This document shows positions 54,870 to 64,000 of a stretch of DNA of 64,000 nt, in pieces (the first letter of the stretch is position 1; each line of letters starts with the position of its first letter). This DNA comes from Lama glama (taxonomy: Eukaryota): contig CM052817.1 of assembly GCA_028534125.1 (NCBI GenBank), forward strand, positions 103,108,001 to 103,172,000. The letters are read 5' to 3'. The position numbers and the translations under genes are program-made. The notes below the pieces were generated by a model. That model saw only the letters and a list, made by a program, of their open reading frames with translations. It searched no databases and was not told the origin of the DNA.

Positions 54870-57800
54870 CACCTTTATTGTGGTATGATTCCTGTACAGT
54901 AAACTGCACATATTTCAGATGTACAATTTGATGAATTTTGACAGATGTGTACACCAATAAAACCGCCGCCACGATCAAGATAGCTCACATTTCCATCACT
55001 CCCCAGGAGGTGCAATTTTCAAATTCCCAATTTATCCCTTTCCATCCCCTTTACTCCCTGGTAACCACAAGTTCGTTTTCTATGTCTGTGAATCTGTTTC
55101 TGTTTTGTAGATAAGTTCATTTGTGTCCTTTTCTTTAGATTCCACATATAAGTGATATTATATGGTATTTTTTTCTTTCTCTTTCTGGCTTACTTAACTT
55201 AGAATGGCATTCTCTAGTCCATCCATGTTGTTGCAAATGGCATTATTTTATTCTTTTTTTATGGCTGAGTATTATTCTGTTGTGTATATATATATATATA
55301 TCACTTCTTCTTTACCCAGTCATCTGCTGAACATTTAGGTTGTTTCCATGTCTTAGCTATTATGAAAAGTGCTGCTGTGAACACTGGGGTGCAGGTGTCT
55401 TTCTGAATTACAGTTTTCTCCTGATACGTGCCCAGGAGTGGGATTGTTGGATCAAATGGTAAGTTTATTTTTAGTTTTTTAAGGAACCTCCATACTGTCC
55501 TCCATAGTGGCTGCACCAGTTTACTTTCCTACCAACAGTATAGGAGGGTTCCTTTTTCTCTACCCTTCTCTAGCATTTATCATTTGTAGACTTTTAAATG
55601 ATGGCCATTCTGACTGGTGTGAGGTAATATCTCTTTGTAGTTTTGATTTGCATTTCTCTAACAATTAGTGATGCAGAGCATCTTTTCATGTGCTTGATGG
55701 CCATCTGGATGTCTTCTTTGGAGGGATGTCTGTTTAGGTCTTCTGCCCATGTTTCAATTAGGTTGCTTTTTTTTTTATTAAGCTGTACAAGCTGTTTGTA
55801 TATTTTGGAAATTAGTCCCTTGTTGGTCACATCATTTGCAAATATTTTCTCCCATTCTGTAGGCTGTGTTTTCATTTTGTTTATAGTTTCCCTATCTGTG
55901 CCAAAGCTTTTAAGTTTAATTAGATCCCATTTGTTTATTTTTGCTTTTATTTCCATTACTGTAGGAGCTGGTTTGAAAAAATATTGCTGTGATTTATGTC
56001 AAAGAGTGTTCTGCCTGTGTTTTCCTCTAGAAGTTTTATAGTATACAGTCTTACATTTAAGTCTTTAATCCACTTTGAGTTTATTTTTGTACATGGTGTT
56101 AGAGAATGTTCTGATTTCAGTCTTTTACACGTAGCTGTCCAGTTTTCCCATCACCCCTTGTTGAAGGGACTGTCTTTCCTCCATTGTACATTCTTGCCTC
56201 CTTTGTCATAGATTAATTGATCATAAGTGCATAGGTTTATTTATGGATATTCTATCCTGTTCCATATTGATCTATGTGTCAGTTTTTGTGACAATACCAT
56301 AAGGTTTTGATTACTGTAGCTTTGTAGTATAGTCTGAAGTCAAGGAGCGTGATTCCCCCAGCTCCATTCTTCTTTTTCAAGACTGTTTTGGCTATTTGGG
56401 GTCCTTTGTATTTGCATACAAATTTTAACTTTTTTTTTGTTCCAGGTCTGTGAAAAATGTCATTGGTAATTTGACAGCCGTTCCATTGAATCTGTATATT
56501 GCCTTGAGTAGTATGGTCATTTTGACAATATTGATTTTTCCAATCCAGGAACACAAGATATCTTTCAATCTGTTTATGCCATCTTCAATTTCTTTCATCA
56601 GAGTCTTATGGTTTTTGGAGTACAGGTCCTTTGCCTCCTTGGGTAGGTATTTTATTCTTTTTGGTATGATGGTAAATGGGACTGTTTACTTAATTTCTTT
56701 GTCTGCTATTTTTTCCTAGTGTATAGAAGTGTAACAGATTTCTGTATATTAATTTTGTATCCTTTAACTTTACCAAATTCACTGATGAGCTCTAGGAGTT
56801 TTCTGGTCAGTTCTTTAGGGTTTTCTATGTATAGTATCATGTCATCCATCAACAGTGACAGTTTTACTTCTTTTCTGATTTGTATTCCATTTATTTGTCT
56901 TCGCTGATTGCTATGTCTAGGACTTCCAAAACTATGTTGAATAAAAGTGGTTAGACTGGGCATCCTTGTCTTGTCCCTGATCTTAGAGGAAATGCTTTCA
57001 GGTTTTCACCATTAAGTATGACATTAGCTGTGGGTTTGTCATATGTAGCCTTCATTATGTTGAAGTATATTCCCTCTATGCCCACTTTCTGCAGAGTTTT
57101 TATCCCCAATGGATGTTGAATTTTATACAAAGCTTTTTCTGCATCTACTGAGATGATCATATGGTTCTTATTCTTCCATTTGTTAATGTGCTGTATCATA
57201 TTGATTGATTTGCAGATATTGAAAAATCCTTGCATCCCTGAGATAAATTCCATTTGATCGTGGTGTATAATCGTTTTAATGCATTGTTGGAGTCGGTTTG
57301 CTACTATTTTGTTGAGGATTTTTGCATGTATGTTCATCAGTGATACTGGCCTGTGATTTTCCCTTTTTGTGATATCTTTGTCTGGTTTTGGTATCAGGAT
57401 GATGGTGGCCTCATAGAACGAGTTTGGAAGTGTTCCTTCCTCTGCAATTTTTTGGAATAGCTTCAGAAGGAAAGGTGTTAACTCTTCTCTAAATGTTTGG
57501 TAGAATTCACCTGTGAAGCCATCTGGTCCTGGACTTTTGTTTGTTGGGGGTTTTAAACTTCCTGATTCAATTTCAGTACTGGTAATTTGTCTGTACACAT
57601 TTTCTATTTCTTCCTGGTCCAATCTTGGTAGATGATGACTTTCTAAGAATTTGTCCATTTCTTCTAGGTTGTCTATTTTATTGGCATATAGTTGATCATA
57701 GTAGCCTCTTATGATCCTTTTATTCCTGTGATGTCAGCTGTAACTTTTCCTTTTTCATTTCTGATTTTATTGATTTGGTCACTCCTGCCCCCCTTTTTTG

Positions 57801-59190
57801 ATGAATCTGGCTAAAGGTTTATCAATTTAGTTTACCTTTTCAAAGAACCTGCTTTTAGTTTCATTGATCTTTTCTATTGATTTTTTTCAGTCTCTATTTC
57901 ATTTATTTCTGCTCTAATCTTTTTGATTTCTTCTACTGACTTTGGGGTTTGTTAGTTCTTCTTTCTCCAGTTGCTTTAGGTATAAGGTTAGGTTGCTTAT
58001 TTGAGATTTTTCTTATTTCCTGAGGTAGGCTGGTATCACTATAAAATTCCCTCTTAGAGCTGATTTTGCTGCATCCCAGAGGTTTTGGATCATTGTGTTT
58101 TCATTATCATTGTGTTTTCATTTTCATTTGTCTCAAAGTATTTTTTGACTTCCTCTTTGATTTCTTCAGTGATCCATTGGTGGTTTAGTAACATACTGTT
58201 TACTCCACATGTTTACTCCATATTGCAAACTCCAAGTGTTTACAGTTTTTGCAGGGTTTTTTTGTTTGTTTGTTTGTTTGTTCTTGGTAGTTGATTCCTA
58301 TCCCTCCGCATTGTGGTTGGAAAAGATACTTGGTACGATTTCAATTTTCTTAAATTTACTGAGGCAGAGGCTTGTTTTGTGGGACAACTTGTGATCGATT
58401 CTGAAAACTGTTCCACGTGCACTTGAGAAGAATGTGTATTCTGTTGCTTTTAGATGGAATGCTCTATGGATATCAATTAAGTCCATCTGGTGTCATTTAG
58501 GGACTGTATTTCCTTATTGATTTTCTGTCTGGATGATCTGTCCATTGATGTAAGTGGGGTGTTACGGTCCCCCACTATTATAATGTTATTGTTGATATCT
58601 TTTTATGTTTTACATCTATTAACAATTGCCTTATATATTGAGGTGCTCCCACGTTGGGTGCGTATATATTTACAATTCTTTTATCTTCTTGGATTGATCC
58701 CTCGAGAGTTATGTAGTGTCCTTCTTTGTCTCTTGTAGCAGTCTTTATTTTAAAATCTATTTTGTCTGATATAAGTATTGCTACTTCAGCTTTCTTTTGG
58801 TTTCTGTTTGCATGGAATATTTTTTCTATCCCCTCAATTTCAGCCTCCATATGTCTCTAGCTCTGAAGTGGGTCTCTTGTAGACAGCATATAAATGGGTC
58901 TTGTTTCTGTATCCATTCAGCCAGTCTATGTCTTTTGGTTGGAACATTTCATCCATCTACATTTGAGGTAATTATTGATACATATGTTCTTATTGCCATT
59001 TTGTTCACTGTTCAGTTTATTTTTTAGGTCTTTTTTCTCTCTCTCTTTCTTCTTTTTGTTCTCTATTCTTGTGGTTTGATGGCTGTAGAGTTACATTGGT
59101 TTGTGGTTACCATAAGGTTTTGGTATAGAAATCTATAAATATAAATGATTGTTTTCAGTTGCTGATCTTTTAATTTCAAATGCATTTTAG
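54870..59190 (-). mobile_element. ~4.3 kb LINE-1 (most of ORF2 plus 3' UTR), CPE intron 5, sense to CPE
   Basis: Minus-strand ORF2 pieces: 58578-58850 (EN), 56951-57658 (235 aa, [16 protein letters not shown]...GTRQGCP), 56706-56963 (LLMDDMILY), 55594-55956 and 55301-55516. Frameshifted, so inactive. Confidence 0.95.
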
Positions 59191-60862
59191 ATGCCCATTT
59201 TTAATAGGGTTGTTTATTTTCTTGTTACTGAACTTTTTTGGATACTAGTCTTTGGTTATAGCTGTGTTTCGCAAAGATCTTCTCCCAGTCTGTGGCTTAT
59301 CTTTTCAGTTCTTAAAAGTACCCTTCCAGAACAGAATGCTGGTGTTAATGATTTTCTCTGTAATCTCCAAACAGAGTAGCATTTTGCAGATGTCGTGCTC
59401 AGTGAGGAATTTCTCAACCTCGACATTGAGCAAGTGTGCAGCTTAATCTCAAGCAACAAATTTACTATTTCCTCAGGAGAGAAGGTGAGAGTAGTTTTCT
59501 TTTCCCAGTGTACAGTGACACCATATTTTTCCTTTCTTTTGCTTTGTTTTGTAGCTTTGTGATCCTGTATGTGTAGTGGCAGCCAGTGATCTTTGAGCTG
59601 GAAGTTGAGAAACGCAGCCAGTTGACTAGTTGGTTGTGTAAATGACTGTGTGTGCTCACTCCTGAGGAGCTTCCCAAAATCGTCAGACGCTGGGGTTTTG
59701 TACTTGACCCACAGCAGGAGCCTGCACATATTAAACAGTTTGAAACAGGGGCCTTTGGGGAACTGGCTTTCTCCCCACAGCTAGACACCTGAAAGAACTG
59801 TGATGTAAACACAGTGTTCTCAAGCCAAGTGATTTCACCACCTTGTGAGTTGGAAGAAGTCACCCAGGGTGGCCAAGTTTAGCTTACTCCAGACAGAGCC
59901 TCTTCCTATAGATTTAGCCCTTGTGGCTCACACCCCACCCTCCCCGGGCTTCCTTCTCCCCTTCAGAGCCTGTGCAGCTGCTTCGTCTGGTTGGGGCCTC
60001 TGTCTCTCTGCACTCGGGGTTGCCTTTGTCAGCCACCCGATCACTGGAGAGAGAAGCTTCTCTTCGTGGGTTTATTCTTTCAGTAGGTTTTGTAGCCTGT
60101 GGAAATCAGGGCACAAAAGCTTATGAACACGCTGCATTTGGAGGAAGTGAAACGAGTTTTTCCTTTGTATGTCTTGCATTTAAAATTGTATAAACTTTAG
60201 CTCTCTTCCCCAAGGATATTCATCCTGCTTGGGGGCAATAAGACACATTTCCTCTAATAGTTTTCATAAGAAAAAGTATGTGAAAGCGTTTGGGAGATAT
60301 ACAATCTTAGCACCCTAGAAATACAGAGGAGAGGAAGATACTACTATTTGTATTTAATGGACACACTTTGAGTGCCTACTGTGTGGCAGACACTGTCGTG
60401 GAGTGCTAGATATGAGAAGATTAACAAAATAAAATTCTTTACTCATGACTAGAGGAACAACCAGTGAGGTAACAGATGATCACAGACTGCTGTGGGGCCC
60501 AGTAGGAGCATTTAATCATTCCTGGGATAGAGATGGGAGGTCAGCGTGGCTCAGATGTGTGATGCAAGTTTTTAAAAGAGAATATGAGTTTGCCAGCGAA
60601 GTAGGGGTGGGTGAGAATTGAAAGGGCAGTCCAGGCAGAGAGAACAGAATATGTAAGTGTAAAAGGTGTGAGGGAATGAGTGCATTCAGTTGGTTTGGTG
60701 AGATTAGAGTTCAGACCGTGTTGGCAGAGTGGTAGGAGATAAAATGGGAAGATGACACAAGGTACCTTCTCAGCCACATCAAAGAAAGTTGATTTTATCC
60801 CAGTGATGATGAGGCTGTGACAGGAGGAGGATGGCATGATGATAGCTGCACTGTGGAAATGT

Positions 60863-61362
60863 NNNNNNNNNNNNNNNNNNNNNNNNNNNNNNNNNNNNNN
60901 NNNNNNNNNNNNNNNNNNNNNNNNNNNNNNNNNNNNNNNNNNNNNNNNNNNNNNNNNNNNNNNNNNNNNNNNNNNNNNNNNNNNNNNNNNNNNNNNNNNN
61001 NNNNNNNNNNNNNNNNNNNNNNNNNNNNNNNNNNNNNNNNNNNNNNNNNNNNNNNNNNNNNNNNNNNNNNNNNNNNNNNNNNNNNNNNNNNNNNNNNNNN
61101 NNNNNNNNNNNNNNNNNNNNNNNNNNNNNNNNNNNNNNNNNNNNNNNNNNNNNNNNNNNNNNNNNNNNNNNNNNNNNNNNNNNNNNNNNNNNNNNNNNNN
61201 NNNNNNNNNNNNNNNNNNNNNNNNNNNNNNNNNNNNNNNNNNNNNNNNNNNNNNNNNNNNNNNNNNNNNNNNNNNNNNNNNNNNNNNNNNNNNNNNNNNN
61301 NNNNNNNNNNNNNNNNNNNNNNNNNNNNNNNNNNNNNNNNNNNNNNNNNNNNNNNNNNNNNN
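60863..61362. other. Assembly gap (500 N) inside CPE intron 5
   Basis: Run of N. Confidence 1.
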
Positions 61363-61820
61363 TGAATACAAAATAAATACTCCGCATCAATGTAGTCCCC
61401 ATTAAACAAGCACAAAAAGGTATTGGACCAAGGTATGCTGAAGTCCAAAGTCTGCCGTCTAAAATACACCTTTACCTGCAGTCAAAGGATGACTAACACA
61501 CAATCAGGATGTTTCATTATTCTCAAAGGCCAGAATTTGAAAAGTAGGGTAATTAACGATGTTCGATTTACAGTTTCCCAGTGGACGTCTTCAGTTCGTT
61601 TCCTATAGCTCTTCAGCTAGCATCTTGATTTTTAAAAATCAACAACAAAAAACCCGTAAATAGCAATCATTCATGCAGAAAACTGACCAATTTGAATGAA
61701 TGAACTACAGGTTCAGTCTATTTCTTAATAAATGAGGAGGACTGAAGTCTCTCTAAATATAAACGGTCATTATTTTAAAACCGCTAATCACATCCTCAAA
61801 AGAGCGAAACGCAGTCTCAC

Positions 61821-62003
61821 CGCCAGGCACGCTGTACCACGCGGCGCCATTGGTGGTTCCCTCCACGAAGCTGCTGTCGTCATCATTCTTGCGACACGGG
61901 GGCCGGTCCGGGTCCGACATCGGGGGGTTAAAGGACGAGTACGCCCGCGCCAGGCTCTGGAAGATGTCGTCATCGGGGCAGGAGCTATACTCATGGGCAC
62001 TGC
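61821..62003 (-). CDS. CPE: Carboxypeptidase E, coding exon 5, 183 nt
   Basis: Translates (G)[60 protein letters not shown](G). Acceptor tttctag|GC, donor GGCG|gtgaga; phase 1-1. Confidence 0.98.
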
Positions 62004-62025
62004 CTAGAAATAATAAACCCACAAG

Positions 62026-62183
62026 CTGAAGATCTAACCTGTTCTCAGAAACAACATTTAGTACATATACGTAAACTTTAAAAACAAAAAAGTGCAGTAT
62101 ACAGTATATATGTATTTATGTGCAATATATTGTGTATGTCGAGTCAAACTATAATAAAAAAAAATTTTAATGAAGAAAAAGAA
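62026..62183 (+). mobile_element. 158-bp retroposed insert with 14-bp TSD in CPE intron 4
   Basis: Flanked by identical aataaacccacaag (62012-62025 and 62184-62197); ends in aataaa plus an A-rich tail. Confidence 0.8.
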
Positions 62184-63358
62184 AATAAACCCACAAGACT
62201 AAAGAAACTGAGCCAGACTAAGGAGCACTGCATGTTTTCTGAAGAGTGATTTAGTGCTATCTCTTGCTGATGTATTTTTTAGCTACATCACTATACAAAA
62301 GGAGTGAATGTCTAAGTACTCAACAATTAAGTTTTAGGTTATTTAACATCCACTCCTAATATCACAAAGTAGAAATTGGGTAGAATGTACATTCTACTTA
62401 TGAATGGGAAGCCTCACAAGAAAAGGTGGCAAGCTCATGGTAAACTGGACCTGGGAAGGCAGTAAGGAGGGTTTCATTGTTAGCTCTTAATTTTAAAAAT
62501 GTACCTGTACCCCCCCCCAAAAAAAGGACAATGGTTTACAAATTATCAAAAAAATGTTTTTAATGGACCTGGACCAACCTCATAGGCACTATGAACCACT
62601 CTCACACATGATTCTCAGTATGAATTTAGAGTTTTAAAAGTCTCCCATGTGCATTACTGAAATACATAATATCTATTTTGATATATGGTATTCTTATTCT
62701 GTATTGCAAAATATGCCAGTCTTTTAAATTTCCCAGCTATTGACAAACCATAAAATCTCCAAACTTTAAGGACGTTTTACCAAAGACTCTTCAAAATTCA
62801 AAGTTTCCAATACCTAAAAAGTATTATCCTGTGTTTACAAAGACCTAACTCTTCCAAGGCCCCTGAGAATTGATCCAAAGCAGGAAATTTCCTGAAGCAA
62901 TAGCAATTAAGCTGAAAATATCTATCTGGTTAAAGTTTTCCGTGCCTGAAGCTTCACTGAACCTAATTAAAGAAAACCAACCGTCACTGCCCCTCCCTGA
63001 CACCACCAAGAAACAAGTTCCAAATGCAAAAGTGTGAGTGCAGAAGACACACACAGAGATATAAATGGGCCCCGATCAGGCACCAAAAGGCTGCCTCCAC
63101 TTTTAAGCCATCTTGTACACAAACCTATATAAATTCTATTATTTTTCCATTTTACTAGGGGCCAAGACTGACCCAAGTTCACGACTTCTGTTTTCTCCCT
63201 TTTTCTTATCTAAGTATTCTTCAAGATCACATTTCTCTTCAACTAAACTTTTTCAAAAGTTACAGTCTTTTCCTGCCAGATATATATGCCAATGCCACAC
63301 TGCATAGTTAGGGGATGTTCCTGTTCAGCGGATGTATTTTTACAGGCAAAATCACTTA

Positions 63359-63589
<231 letters not shown>

Positions 63590-64000
63590 TTAGAGATTAA
63601 AAGGATTATAAACGTGGCAATCATTGGTGGAATCACTCGACAGAAAAGACACAGAAAAGGTGAAAACAAGAACAAAAACCAACAACTGAAAGCTGGTCAT
63701 ATTCCAAGCATTTTGTGACTGTTTTCTTAGGAAGAAAAAAAAGAAAGTGCAGTATTCCCCATGTCTATCTTTCTCAAACTTATAATAAAAAAAATTTCAA
63801 TAGTGTTTATATTTCCTTAAAAGTTCTACTTTTATGGGCTGCCAGCTTTTCTTTCTTTGTAACTTGAAAACTTGCATACATATCATTTACAAATTTGGGG
63901 ACATCTCCATCTGATCTTTGTTCATAATAACTAAGGATAAAACAAGGAGAAAAGAAAATAGTTGAACCACAGAAGAGGGTTCTTTCTTTATGGTGGTTCA

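Noticed and set aside
56951..57658. 235-aa reverse transcriptase-like ORF as a domesticated or active gene
   Set aside because: A fragment of a frameshifted L1 ORF2; the catalytic motif in the next frame reads LMDD, and no ORF1 or promoter is attached.
59256..60193. 157-, 132- and 93-aa ORFs in CPE intron 5 as a nested gene or extra exon
   Set aside because: No recognisable homology, and exons 5 and 6 already join in frame to give the expected CPE sequence.

Overview
Mammalian (eutherian) genomic DNA, most likely a camelid. This rests on one tRNA-derived SINE resembling the camelid Vic-1 family, no Alu, Bov-tA/Bov-A2 or PRE-1-type SINE that I could recognise, and a cetartiodactyl-like protein sequence. 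The only protein-coding gene I can support is the 3' part of carboxypeptidase E (CPE) on the minus strand: six coding exons (exons 4-9 by human numbering; 118, 183, 140, 100, 119 and 99 coding nt), all with GT-AG boundaries and one continuous frame, a ~0.7 kb 3' UTR, and AATAAA at 40387-40392. Exons 1-3 lie beyond the right edge of the window. Positions 1-40 kb are intergenic and dominated by decayed LINE-1, LTR/ERV, MLT, MIR and L2 repeats. Three gaps of exactly 500 N are scaffolding placeholders. Nearly all ORFs in the supplied track are L1 remnants, N-run artefacts or chance. I found no convincing novel biological system. The most notable observations are: (1) a TSD-flanked 158-bp retroposed insert in the branch-point zone of the CPE exon-5 acceptor; (2) three independent same-family, same-orientation solo LTRs bracketing CPE exons 7-9; (3) an unusually CpG-rich exon 5; (4) opposed L1s in intron 5; (5) a twin-primed (5'-inverted) L1 nested in an older L1; and (6) an LTR with an array of CCAAT boxes. 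Repeat family names come from pattern recognition, not from a database search.
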